From: Prorocentrum cordatum
Taxonomy: Eukaryota
Reading direction: 5' to 3'
Assembly (NCBI GenBank): GCA_963575745.1
Contig: CAUYUJ010000002.1
Location: 1,674,001-1,738,000 of the forward strand
DNA: 64,000 nucleotides
Shown: positions 41,236 through 53,500 of the stretch, in pieces
Layout: each line of letters opens with the position of its first letter
Position numbering within the stretch: the first letter of the stretch is position 1
The notes under the pieces: generated by a model
The model's input: only the letters and a program-made list of their open reading frames with translations
Databases searched by the model: none
Told to the model about the DNA's origin: nothing
Made by a program: the position numbers and the translations under genes

Positions 41236-44050
41236 GGCCAACGTGGCCATCTTGGAGGCCATCTTGAGCCGTCTTAGCGGATTTTTCCGGAATTGGGGAT
41301 ACTCCAGGTGGCCGGCGGGTTGGAAAAATAACCAAGACCAAAGGCGAAAGGTTCCAGCGCGCCAGGCACCCATGCGATGAATCAACAGGGGGCGGCGGAT
41401 CGAAAACGCCTACGGCGAATCACCGCCGCCCTCTGCCTTTGTGGAAGCGCCTATGTGTCCGACAGCTGGGCTAGAGCTTGGCCGACCTATCGGAACATGT
41501 GTTCCCCGAGTCGGTTTGGAAAGGTTTCGGGGAACGCGGGGGGAGGAAGGGGAGGAGGAGGACAAGGAGGAAAAAGGAGAAGGGGGAGGATGCCTCTTCG
41601 GAGCCTCTTGAGGCACTCTTGGGCTCGATTGGACCATCTTGGGACCGTCTTGGAGACCATGTTGGGGCTATCTTGGGCTCTCTTGAGGCCTCTTAAGGGC
41701 CTTTCGGAACCCTTTTGGAGCTTCTCGGGGGCCTCTTTGGCCGTCTTCGGGCTTTCCTGTCCCGTCTGACGCCGTCGAAGTCCGTCTTGGGGGCCTCTCT
41801 GAAACGACTTGGGGCTCTTTTGGGGCGCTTCGGGTCCGTCTTGGAGGCCATCTTGGGCGTCTGGGAGGCCTCTTGGGCCGTCTTGGGGGCCTCTTGGGGC
41901 CGTCTTGGGGGCGTCTGGGGCCGTCATGGGGCCGTCTTGGAGGCCTCTTGGGCGATCGTGGGGCGATCTTGGGAGCCTGTTGGGCCGTCTTGGGCTGTCG
42001 GAAAGTTGAAAAGGCGCAAATGCCAAAACCCTTCAAAAACCTAAGGAAAATAATTGATTTTGGCCTCGTCGGGCCTTCCTGGAGGACCTCTCTTGGAGGC
42101 CTCTTGCGGGCCTCTTGGGCCGTGTTAGACCATATTGAGACCATCTTGGGCCGTCTTGGATGTATCTTGGGGCCATCTTAGCCGTCTTGGAGGCCATCTT
42201 GGCTGTCTTGGAGGCATCTTGGAGGCCATCTTGGCCGTCTTGGGACCATCTTGGGCCATCTTGGGGCGGAACAGGCATTGACTTGTGCAGTTTCCGCGTG
42301 GCCGGCGGGACGGGCGGGAGCCCCAGGGGGAGTTCTTTTGGAAAAAGAACCAACACCAAAACCGAGAGGGTTCAGCACGCCAGGCGCCCCTGCGATGAAT
42401 CGACAGGGGGCGGCGGATCGAAGACGCCTACGGCGAATCACCGCCGCCCCTTGCCTTTGTGGAAGCGCCTATGTGGCCGAACGTTGAGGCCAGAACTGCC
42501 AAGCCATCGGACCAATGTTCCCCGAATCGGTTTGGAAAGCCTTCGGGGAACACGTGGGCATCTTGAAGGTCATCTTGGCCGTCTTGCAGGCCTCTTGGGC
42601 AAGCTTTCGGCGATCTTTGGGGGCTCTTGGGCCGTCTCGTGCCGTCGGAAGGCGGAAAAGAAGCAAATGTCAAAATACGTCAGAAACCTCAGGAAAATCA
42701 ATGTTTTTGACTTCTTCTGGCCTTCCTGGAGGCCCTCTTGGGGGCCTCTTGGGCCGTCTTGGGCCAGCTTCGAGCCAACTTCGGCCATCTTGGTGGGTTC
42801 CTGGCCCGTCTGACGCCGTCGGAAGCCGTTTGGGGGACCTCTATGGGCCGACTTGGGGCCCTCTTGGAATGCTCCAGGGCCGTCTTGGAGGCCATCTTGG
42901 GCGTCAGGCCATCTTGGGCGTGTTGGAGGCCTCTTGGGCCGTCTTGGGGCCCTCTTGGGGCCATCTTGGAGGCCACTTGGGCCGTCATGGGGCCCTCTTG
43001 GGGGCCTCTTGGGCGATCTTGGGGGCCTCTTGGGCCGTCTTGAGCCGTCGGAAAGCCGAAAATGCGCAAATGCCCAAATCCTTCAAACACCTAAAGGAAA
43101 ATCAAGTATTTTGGCCTCTTCGGGCCCTCCTGGAGGACCTCTTCGAGGCCTCTTGGGCCGTCTGGGAGGCCTCTGGGGGGCCTCTTGGGCCATCTTGGGC
43201 AGTCTTGGACTCTCTTGGGCCGTCTTGGAGGCCGTCTTGGACCATCTTGGGTGTACTTGGAGGCCATCTTGGGCCATCTTCGCGATTTGTTGAGGATTTC
43301 CCGAGCGAAACGGCCGTTTTTGGAGCCGTTTTGGGCAGGACATTGGGGAATTTAGCGCCTTCTGGGTGGCCGGCGGGACGGGCCGAAGCCCCAGGGGGAG
43401 TTCTTTTGGAAAAAGAACCAAAACCAAAACCGAGAGGGTCCAGCACGCCGGGCACGCCTTTGCTAAAGCAACAGGGGGCGGCGGATCCTGGTGTCCGTCG
43501 GCCCATCCCGCCACCACGCCTGGGTTGTGGGTATGAGGCCTCTTGTATATGTGTTGGGGTGTCGTGGGGAACCTCTCGGGGGCTTCTTGGAGGCGGTTTG
43601 GGCGCCTCTTGGGGGTCTCTAGAGGCCTCGTGGGGTATCTGTTGGGCCTCTTGGAAGCATCTTGGGCGCGTCTTGGGCGCCTCTTGGGGCCTCTTGGAGC
43701 CTCTTGGCGACATCTAGGGGCCTCCTGGGGGCTTCTCGGGCCACAAATGTTGAATGTTCGGTTCGTGGTCTCCTGCTTTGGCCCCTCTTGTGGCCGTCTT
43801 GGGGCCCTCTTGGGCCGTCTTGAGCGTTTATTGGGCCATCTTGGAGCTATCCTGGGCCGCCTTGGGGTCCTCTTTGAAAACTCTTGGGCTGTCTTGGGGC
43901 AGTCTTGGCAGCTTCTTGAGCCGTCTTGGTGCGTCGGAAAGCCGAAAATACGAGAAGATCCAAATACAAAAAGCGTCGTCAAATCCGGCCTCTTGGAGCG
44001 CTCTTGGGGCCTTCTTGGGCCGTCTTGGAACCATCTTCGGGCGCCTTGGA
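41236..44050 (+). repeat. TCTTGG satellite (right flank of element B) with hairpin modules
   Basis: Continuation of the satellite interrupted by element B. Confidence 0.9.
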
Positions 44051-44414
44051 GCACTATGGGCCTCGGCAGTGCGAATACGGACTAATTTGCAAAGGTGTAT
44101 GGCTTCGGAGACGCGAGTATTGTGTAATGTACGGTGGTTTGTTGCCTCGGGGGCCTCGGGGGCGCGAATATCCTGTATGTTTACATGTCGCGCGCCCCCC
44201 CGGGAATTCAGAGCACGCGATACGAGGTGGTAAATTGCTGGTTTGGGGTTCCCCCCCTCGCGCGGACTTCAACAATTTACAATAGGAAGCAGAAAGCAGA
44301 ACTGTAACATTGGAGACTTGGAACTGCAACTGGCGCAGGGAGCAGCAACCTTGTCCTGCATCCTGGTTGCCTCCCAAGGGGGCCAGCGGATGATGTGAAA
44401 AGTGTACGAGGTAG

Positions 44415-44720
44415 ACCCCCAAGAGCACTCCAAGAGGCACCCAGACACCTCTCAGGAGAGTCCCAAGACGGCCCAAGACGGGCCAAGAGAGCCCCAAGAG
44501 ACTCCCGAGAGCGCCCCAGGAGGCCCCCAAACGGCCAACGAAAGCCCCAAGACGGCCCCAGATGGCGCGGAGACGGACCAAGAAAGCTACAACAGATCCC
44601 TTCGATTCGCGCAGACAGCTCAAGAAGACCCCAGTAGCCCACAAGAGGACCCAACAGGCCCCCAGGAAGCCGCCAACAGGCCCCAAGACAACCCCGCGCG
44701 GCGCTAGGAGCCCCCAGGGT
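44415..44720 (-). repeat. TCTTGG satellite in inverted orientation (CCAAGA units)
   Basis: CCCAAGACGGCCCAAGA is the reverse complement of the main satellite. Confidence 0.8.
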
Positions 44721-45804
44721 AGCCCGATAGGGTCACCAGGACCCTCTCCTGATTCAGCGTCCTTCTCCACTTGCCTTTTACTGTCCTCCGTCGCCGTCGT
44801 CGTCGTCGTCGTTGTCGCCATGGTCTTCCGCATTCCTCCTCGTGCTCGCCCTCGTTCTCTTCGTCGTTGTCATCATCGTCCTCCGCATTCCTCCTCGTGC
44901 TCGCCCTCGTTCTCTTCGTCCTCGTCCTTGTGCTTCTATTCCTCCTCGTTGTCCTCATGCTCCTCCTCGCTATCCTCACGTTCTCCACGTCATCGTCGTC
45001 GTCGCCTCCTAGTCGCCCTCGGCTTTCTTTTCTCTTCTTCGGCCAATAAGCCCATTATACTAAAGCGGCGCTTCCCGTTCGTGTCCGATCAGGTTCCTGG
45101 CGTCCCTTTCTCGCCTTTCATGCGAAAGTGTCGCCACTGTCGTGCACACATGGGAGGTCCAGCGCAGCGCGGTCCTACGCGGGCCCAAACGAGACCTCGC
45201 TTTCCGTGGGTGCTGACGACTGCACAATGGCCGCCATTTTCGCCCACGCCGGGTGCTGCCAGGCGGCCGTTCAACAGACGCTATTCTGCTGCGCCCATGG
45301 CAGGTCCAGCGGAATGGTGTCTTGCGCAGATCAAGTGTCTCCCTCACCCTCCTTAGGTGCTTCCAGGCGTGCCGCTGTCGTTGTGGAATACCCTTGCTAC
45401 TGATATGCAAAGGTAATTAATAAAATGCACAAAGCTTTTCGCTGGACATCAGCGGGTCCACCGAAGTGGTGTTTGACGCACATCAAATTATAGATGCCTC
45501 GCCCCTTCGGAGTGCTACCAGACGTACATCTGCCGCCGCTGTCTTGAGCCCGCAGGGGTCCGGCGGAGTCGCGCCGTGCGCAGATCAAAGGCATCTGCCT
45601 CACCCTCCCTTGCAGCTGCCAGGCGCGCATCCGCCGCCTTGCTTGCACCGCCAGCGGGCCCAGTTGGAGGGTACCCCTGGCAGGTCCAGCGGGAGTGGTG
45701 TCGCACGTCGGTCAAAGTAGATCCCTCGCCCGCCCTGGGTGCTGCCATGCGTGCACTCTGCTACGCCTCTGGGGGTCCAGCGGGGTGGCGCCGTGTGCTC
45801 ATGG

Positions 45805-46109
45805 TTGTGTGTATGTGTGTGTGTGGTGTGTGGTGTGTGGTGTGTGGTGTGTGGTGTGTGTGTGTGGTGTGTGGTGTGTGGTGTGTGTGTGTGTGTTCGT
45901 TCGTTCCCCCGCTTGATGCGGGACGCCGTATCTTCACACCGTCTCAACCCAAACCGCGCGCCAAGGCAAACGATGCAGGCGGCGGTGGGTGAGGGGGAAG
46001 TACGTGGGTGGGGCACGGTCCGCTGTGCAGCCACCCAACACCAAAATACGCACCCCGAACGCCGCTCTTGAAAGCACCCAACCGCCAGGACGTGCCCCTT
46101 CCCCGCACT

Positions 46110-46177
<68 letters not shown>
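45805..46177. repeat. (GT)n / (GTGTGTG)n microsatellites
   Basis: Runs at 45805-45895 and 46110-46177. Confidence 0.95.
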
Positions 46178-46179
<2 letters not shown>

Positions 46180-46320
46180 GGGGGGGGAGGGGTATGGGGT
46201 GTATGTGCGGTTGTGTGGATATGTGCGTGCCTTCACTAAAGCAGACAGCCTCGATCCCGCCCGCCGCGCTCCTGCGTCCCCACCTCCGCCGCACTCCCTC
46301 CTCGTACACTCCCGCGCGCC

Positions 46321-47070
46321 ATGGCCGAGGCCGCCGCGGCCGTTGCCAAGTGGGAGGCGATGTGGTCGCGGGACGGCGGGCTGCAGCCCGGCCAGGCGTT
46401 CGACGCCTCTGCCGTGGAGCCTGCCTTTGCCGACTTGCTGCGAGCGGCGGACCCGCCACTGCCGCGGGAAGGCGCCGGTGGCGCACGGCCTCGGGCGCTG
46501 GTGCCCGGGTGCGGTCGCGGCTACGCGGTCGCGGAGTTGGCGAGGGCGGGCTATGAGGCGACGGGTCTCGAGCTCGCTCCCACGGCGGTGCAGGCCGCGC
46601 GCGAGCACCTCGGCGGGCAGCCAGACGCGCACGTGCAGGGAGGCGACTTCTTCGACTTCGACCCCGGCGCCGGCTTCGACCTCGTCTACGACTGCACGTT
46701 CCTGTGCGCCATCCCCCCCGAGCGCAGGGCCGACTGGGCGGCCAAGATCGAGCAGCTGCTGCGGCCGGGGGGCGAGCTCGTGGCCCTGATCTTCCCGTGC
46801 TTCCCGGACGGCCCCGACCCCGCGGACGCGCCTGACACCGCGGGCGGCGCCGGCGGGGGCCCGCCCTACGCGATGAGCCCGCGGCTGGTGGAGCGCCTGC
46901 TCGCCGGGCGCAGGCTCGCCAGGCTGTCCCTGGAGGCCGTGCCCGCCGAGAGGCTGGCGCGCCGCGTCAGCAGGGCCGGCGAGTTCGTCGGCCGCTGGCA
47001 GCGGCTGCCCGACGATGCCCCAGGCGGGGAGGCCCCAGCCGAGCTCGGGGAGGCCGCAGGCGAACGGTGA
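46321..47070 (+). CDS. SAM-dependent halide/thiol methyltransferase (TPMT family, HOL/HMT-like), 249 aa, apparently single exon
   Basis: WEAMW, RALVPGCGRGY (SAM motif I), GLELAPTAV, GDFF, FDLVYDCTFLCAIPP..R..WA, LLRPGGELVALIFP, GGPPY, C-terminal GEFVGRW. Strong GC3 bias and GCCATGG start context. Confidence 0.92.
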   Translation: MAEAAAAVAKWEAMWSRDGGLQPGQAFDASAVEPAFADLLRAADPPLPREGAGGARPRALVPGCGRGYAVAELARAGYEATGLELAPTAVQAAREHLGGQPDAHVQGGDFFDFDPGAGFDLVYDCTFLCAIPPERRADWAAKIEQLLRPGGELVALIFPCFPDGPDPADAPDTAGGAGGGPPYAMSPRLVERLLAGRRLARLSLEAVPAERLARRVSRAGEFVGRWQRLPDDAPGGEAPAELGEAAGER

Positions 47071-49651
47071 GTGCTGCAATGGGCCTCCGTCGGCGGCGGG
47101 CGGCGGAGGCGCCCAAGAGCTCGTCCGCTGAGGCTCGGCCGCCGACCGCCGAGCGGCCCGTAGCGAGAGCCTGGGCGGCCCCTGCGCGGCTCGAGGAGGC
47201 CCAGGGCCGCGGGCCCCGGGCGGCCTCGGTGGGGGGCGGCCGAGCCGCCGCACGGCGGGCGGCCGCCGCCCGCCGCCGCTCGCTGTTTTGTAGCCCGTGG
47301 CCTCGAGCTGGGGCGGTTGTGGGAGCCTCCTCCTCCTCCTCCTCCTCCTCCTCCTTCTCCTCCTCCTCCTCATCATCATCATCATCCTTCTCCTCCTCCC
47401 ATGCCGAGCCGCGAGAGGCCCTGGGCACAGCACAGTGTGTACAGTAGGGCGTGCTGCGAACTTCGGGCGTGCGTCTGCGGCTCGTGGGCTTTTTATTGTT
47501 TTTGCTGGTGCGGAGAGGACTCGTGCTGACGCAGCCCTGGATATATGATGGGCACAGCGGACATGCGCGCAGTTGCTCTCGCACTTTGCCAGGAGCATGG
47601 GGCATTCTCGAGCGCAGTGGCTATGCTCCCAGACAGCATGCGCTTACACAGTTCAAGTTGATCCAACGGTCGTGGGCGGGAAACATGTCCATACCAACGG
47701 CCACGCGGGCCGACCCCCAGGCCGCGACCCCATGGATAAGGGGTGTGTTTCGCGGAAGGCCCGCGTGGAACGTGTCCATGCGACCGCGTATCCACGGGGA
47801 TTGCGCCCCAGCATCCAGACCGCGAGGGCATGGATGTGGACATGATCACCGTTCGTGAAAAGAGCCCTCACGCCGTTCCGCCGACCCCCGCGTGGTGGAT
47901 GGACGCACGCATCCCGGGCTGCAGCGTGCTGCCCGGCCCGCCGCACGGGCTTCACGGCTTCGCTTGCAGAGAAGAGCCCCGGCCCGCCGCCTGCGCTTCT
48001 TTGCTGGCGACGAGCGATATGAAGTAACCTGTCCCGCCGTCGGGGAGGCCCGACCCAGGGCGGCCGGGAAGTTCATACCCCCATTTGCCACCGTAGGCTC
48101 CCCAGCCGCCCTGGGGCAGGTGTCCCCAACGGCGGAAAAGGCTGTTTCATACCGTCCGATGTCCGCTACATTCAAAACTCATAGTAAGGGCGCACGGATG
48201 TCTTTAGGGTACCCTTGCCTCCTTGCCTCTGCAGCCCGTCCGTCGCGGTTTTCATTGGCCAACTCTTCAGGGTGTTGGCAGTCCGCCGCCCCAAAAGTGC
48301 CAGTTTCGGCGTCCAAGGCCCTTGCGTCCTTGCCGCCCGTCCTTATTATACGGTGGGGGCGTTCGTTAAGGAATGTGCCCAGGATGCTTCAGACCCTGGT
48401 GGATTCTTTATCTGATGAGGGCGGCGATGCTGTCCATGACACGGCCTCAATGGGCGTTCCCCTGGCTGTCAGACCCTGGATTCCTTGTCGAAGCGTTCCT
48501 TATCCAGTAACCCCGCCGTAGACTTCGACTGCAAGCTTCGAGGGGCGGCCGGGCGGCGGGCAGGCGGGCGGACGGGCAGGCGGCGGCGGCGAGGGCCGCG
48601 GCGGCGTGCAGCGCACGGCGGCGAGAAGCGCCCCGCCCGCCGCGCATCTCCACGTCGAGGGGGCGGCCGGGCAGCAGCGGCGGGCGGCGGGCGGCGGCGA
48701 GGGCCGCGGCGGCGTGCGGCGCAAGGCGGCGGGCGGCGCAAGGCGGCGGGCAGCGCACGGCGGCGGCGGCGGCAACGGTCGGCCACGCGCACAAGGGGGG
48801 GGGGGGGGCAGAGGGAGGGGGTAACCCAGACATGATCGCGTCGACAAAAAATCAGGACGGCAGGTTTTTAGCCATTCTCGGCCGCGGGGGGCCCTCGCCG
48901 GGCCTCCGGACCGTCAAAAAACGACTCAGGATGAAAAGCTGGTCCTGGGGAAAGGGTCAGGACCTCCAGGGACCCCGTCTTTCAAAAATTCGGACGTCGC
49001 ATGTCTAGGAAGATTTCTTAGAAGCACCCCTGCCCCTTGGAAGGCGCGGGCCTCGTCCGCAGACGTAAGGCCGGCGCCCTCCATGAAGCAGCCTCCTTCC
49101 AAGAGGCTTTCCCCCTCCCCCTCCCTCAGACCCCGTCCTTCCAAGAAGCGTTCCCCCCCTCCTTCCAAGAAGCCTTCACCCCTCCTCCCCCATGCCCTGC
49201 CGTGCGCGCCGCCGAAGCGGCGGCGGGCAGCAGAGGGCAGCCAGGCCCAGGCTAGGGATAGACCGCTCTGGGGCGTTGTAGAGCGTGCTCACCGGGCGTT
49301 GCGGGGCGCCGTGGAACGGCCGGGGCGCCCCGGTGCATCCTCCAAGACCGCCAGGTCCCAGAGGTCCCCGATCTATTTCGAGTAGTGGCGAGGTGTCCAG
49401 GCTTGCCCATAGGCCCACCCAAGAATGTTCTAAGAACCTTTTGTGGTTTGCATCAAGTCTGGCCTGTCCCTCTACAGGAGAAATATTCAAAAATAGTTAC
49501 CTAACAGCGAAGGCTGATAGGTTTCTAGCGGGCTCAAAAGAGAGCATCTTGACTCCCCAGGGGTGTCTGGGCGGGTGCCGGGAGAAGCCGGGGAACCCGG
49601 GGACTCCCCAGGACTCCTATAGATTCCTATAGTTTCTTATGGATTCCTAAT

Positions 49652-49992
49652 CTTCGTGTTCCCAGAACACCATTCTCAGGCTACATTTTGGATGCCCGGA
49701 GCCAGCTGTAGGCCACTTCGTGTTCTTCGTCTTCCCAGGACACCACTCCAAGGCCACATTTTGAATGCCAAGAGCCAACTGTAGGCCACTTCGTGTTCTT
49801 CGTGTTCCCAGAACACCATTCCCAGGCGACATTTTGAATGCCCGGAGCCAGCTGTAAGCCACTTCGTGTTCTTCGCGTTCCCAGAACACCATTCCTGTAC
49901 CATATTTTGATTGCCCGGAGCCAGCTGTGGGCCCTTTCGTGATTTTCGCGTTCCCAGAACACCAGTCATGTGCCATATTTTGAATGCCCGAG
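49652..49992 (+). repeat. 73-bp tandem repeat (~4.7 copies)
   Basis: Units start at 49652, 49725, 49798 and onward. Confidence 0.9.
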
Positions 49993-51089
49993 CTGAGGCA
50001 CGCTAAGGCCGAGGCAGGCTGAGGCCGAGGCAGGCTGAGGCTGAGGCTGAGGCAAGCCGAGGCAGGCTGAGGCTGAGGCTGAAGCTGAGGCTGAGGCTGA
50101 GGCACGCCGAGGCAGGCTGAGGCTGAGGCTGAAGCTGAGGCTGAGGCTGAGGCAGGCTGAGGCTGAGGCCGAGGCAGGCTGACGCCGAGGCAGGCTGAGG
50201 CTGAGGCTGAGGCAGGCTGAGGCTGAGGCAGGCTGAGACTGAGGCTGAGGCAGGCTGAGGCTGAGGCTGAGTCTGATGCAGGCTGAGGCTGAGAGGCTGA
50301 CGCTGAGGCTGAGGCAGGCTGAGGCTGAGGCTGAGGCCGAGGCAGGCTGAGGCTGAGGCTGAGGCAAGCCGAGGCAGGCCGAGGCTGGGGCTGAAGCTGA
50401 GGCAGGCTGAGGCTGTGACTGAGGCTGTGGCTGAGGCTGAGGCAGGCTGAGGCTGAGGCAGGCTGAGGCTGAGGCTGAGGCTGAGGCTGAGGCTGAGGCA
50501 GGCTGAGGCTGAGGCTGAGGCAGGCTGAGGCTGAGGCCGAGGCAAGCCGAGGCAGGCTGAGGCTGAGGCTGAGGCTGATGCTGAGGCAGGCTGAGGCTGA
50601 GACAGGCTGAGGCTGAGGCTGAGGCAGGCTGAGGCTGAGGCAGCTGAGGCTGAGGCCGAGGCAGGCTCAGGCCGAGACAGGCTGAGGCTGAGACTGAGGC
50701 TGAGGCTGAGACTGAGGCCGAGGCAGGCCGATGCTGAGACAAGGTGAGGCTGAATGGGGGGGGAAGGGGGGGGGGAGGAGGGGAGGCTGAGGCAGGCTGA
50801 GGCCGAGGCAGGCTGAGGCTGAGGCAGGCTGAGGCTGAGGCTGAGGCAAGCCGAGGCAGGCTGATGCTGAGGCTGAGGCTGAGGCTGAGGCTGAGGCTGA
50901 GGCTGAGGCAGGCTGAGGCTGAGACAGGCTAAGGCTGAGGCTGACGCAGGCTGAGGCCGAGGCAGGCTGAGGCTGAGGCTGAGGCTGAGGCTGAGGCAGG
51001 CTGAGGCTGAGGCCGAGGCAGGCTGAGGCTGAGGCTGAGGCAAGCCGAGGCAGGCCGAGGCTGAGGCTGAAACTGAGGCAGGCTGAGGC
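49993..51089 (+). repeat. (GAGGCT)n / (GAGGCAGGCT)n satellite
   Basis: Directly visible. Confidence 0.95.
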
Positions 51090-51284
51090 ATCCGTAGGAA
51101 TCCATAGGAATCCTTAGGAATCCCTAGGAATCCTTCGGAATCCGTAGGCATCCTTAGGAATCCGTAGGCATATTTAAGCATCCTCAGGAATCCTTGGGAA
51201 TCCTTCGGAATCCTTAGAAATCCATAGGAATCCCTAGGAATCAGGATTCCTAAGGATTCCTAAGGATTCCATTGGATCCTAAGG
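51090..51284. repeat. 10-bp (GGAATCCTTA)n array that flips orientation at ~51243
   Basis: GGAATCCTTA units are followed by GGATTCCTAA units. Confidence 0.9.
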
Positions 51285-51810
51285 CCGTTGCCACTGCGAC
51301 TGTCATTGCTAATGCGACTGCGACTGCGAGAACAGCATAATTTTACAACTGGATTCTCACCTGAATCTTACGGGGAATGCGTCCAGATATGCTTATACAC
51401 ATCGCTCTTAGGTTGCTTTACCGTTTTTTCAAACAAAAAACAGTGAGGATGCTTTGTTTGTTTGGATATTTTCTGAGTATTTCCTGCGATTCCTCCAAAA
51501 TCCGCCTGTAGGGGAACATGTCTGACCTAAGGTGTGCACGAAATGTTCTTAGAACATTTCTGGCTGGGGCTGTTTTGTTTTAACACATCGGCGCTGTGCT
51601 GTAAGAGCATTGCGTTTGTTATTGAATCATTTCTGGGGTTCTAAGCACATGTCGTGGTAGGCGTATAGGAATGCCGGGACGACTGGTCGCTGCTCAATTA
51701 TCTTGATGTTGTGTTGTCACGTTCTTGGCCTCGTTTTGGGAAGGCGGGCAACGGCGGACGGGGTGACGGCCGCGGCGGAACGCAATTGACGGCGGCGTGG
51801 CGGCAGCGGC

Positions 51811-51847
<37 letters not shown>

Positions 51848-53279
51848 CCCCGACGACCACCACCACCACCACCACCACGGCAGAGACCCAAGTTCAGGAA
51901 GAGTTGTCTGTCGCCTTGGGTTCCTGGCGGCGAATCTGAGGAGCTCTGGCGCCGCTCCGCTTCCCCCGGCTATCCCCTCGGAGACCCGCCGACCTCCGGC
52001 GACTCGACCCCAGACATGCGACGTCCTGATCTTTGTCCATACGGGGTCCCTGGAAGTCCCGACCCTTTCCCCGGGACCGGCCTTTCATCCCGAGTTATTT
52101 TTTGACGGCCCCGAGGCCCGGCGAGGGCCCCCCGAGGCCCAAAGTGGCCAGAATTTTCCCGCCCTGATGTTTTTACGACTCGGTCCTGTCTGGGACAGTT
52201 GTTCGAGCCCCCAGCCCCCCGACGTCTCGACCCCTTCCCCGGGGGCCAGCTCTTCATCTGTGGACGCCCGAAATGGGTACGGAAAGAATGGGTACAATGC
52301 CCAACAGCAGTTCCTGTTCATTTTGAATAGGATTCGCTGTGCACGCCGCCGCGGCCTGTGCCCATTCGAGACAGATGGCCGCCTGCACATCAGCGGCCGC
52401 TGTTGGTTTGGGACAACATTTGTTGTTGGGCATTGTGCCCATTCTTTCCGTACACATTTCGGGCGTCCAAATCATCCCCAAAGCAGCTGATTTTGCTGCG
52501 CTGCGGCCCTACAGGTTGGGCCCGGAAGCGGCCGGCCTCCATGGACGCCGAAGACGGCGAAGAATACATATGCACCCCGATGTTGCTTCGTTGGGGTCCG
52601 TCCCTCTGGACCCTGTGCTGGGCGACGGACACCTTGTCTATATCGAAGAATTACGGGAAAAAAAGAGAGAAAAAAAAACGCCATCAGCATAAACTCTTGG
52701 CGCTCCGCGTGCATTTCTTGGCTCCGCCTACCAGGGAGGGGGGTCCAGCGCAGATCCAAGAAATCCGCGCAGAGCGTCAAAAGTTTATGTTTATGGCGTT
52801 TGTTTTTCTTCTTCTTCTTCTGCTATACCCAGGTTCCTGCTCCACCTGTCCGCGAGAATGGGGAGGGTGGCAGGGACAAGAAGCCGAGCCTCTGGAGCAC
52901 AGGGTCCGTACGCATGCCGCACAGTGGAGGCCAATGCCAAGAAATACCCTGTTCGCCTCCAGGGTGCCCTGGGTTTCTTGGTCTTCGATGGTTTTGCCAT
53001 GGAAAGCGTGACGTCCCCGCACCAGAAATCCATGGACGCCCTGGGGTCTCAGGGTTGAGTTTCTTGTGGAAGATTTCTTGCGGTCGGGCCACCACTGCAC
53101 AGACGGAACCTCACCGACGAGATCGGCTTGCCCGCAGGGGCCCCACGGCACCATCTGAGCTCCCGAGCGGCTCAGGGGCCCACAGAAGCTTTGGGGCACC
53201 TGAGGACCTAAACATATCGACGGAGACTGTGCCCCAAGGCTTCTTGCAGCACGCTTTCTACTTATATGTGTCCACTGTA

Positions 53280-53351
53280 TCCTCCCTACCTTCCTCCACC
53301 TCCTCATCCTCCTCATCCTCCTCCACCTCCTCCTCCTCCCCCTTCTTCCTC

Positions 53352-53382
<31 letters not shown>

Positions 53383-53500
53383 TCCTCCTCCTCCTCCTCC
53401 TCCCCATCCCCCTCCTGCTCCTCCTCCTCCTCCTCCTCCTCTCCCTCCTCTCCCTCCTTTCCCTCCTCCTCCTCCTCCTCCTCCTCCTCCTCCTCTTCAC
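53280..53500. repeat. (CCT)n microsatellite
   Basis: Directly visible; a smaller copy lies at 47325-47400. Confidence 0.95.

Noticed and set aside
41006..41380. 124-aa ORF at the 3' LTR
   Set aside because: It is only the LTR copy of the ORF1 N-terminus running into flanking satellite.
45934..47598. 554-aa minus-strand ORF
   Set aside because: Antisense shadow of the high-GC3 methyltransferase gene plus microsatellites.
48412..48445. Possible hammerhead ribozyme (CTGATGA + stem)
   Set aside because: There is no GAAA after stem II and no supportable stems I/III.
49966..51181. ASASA/QPQP-rich ORFs
   Set aside because: Translation of the GAGGCT satellite.
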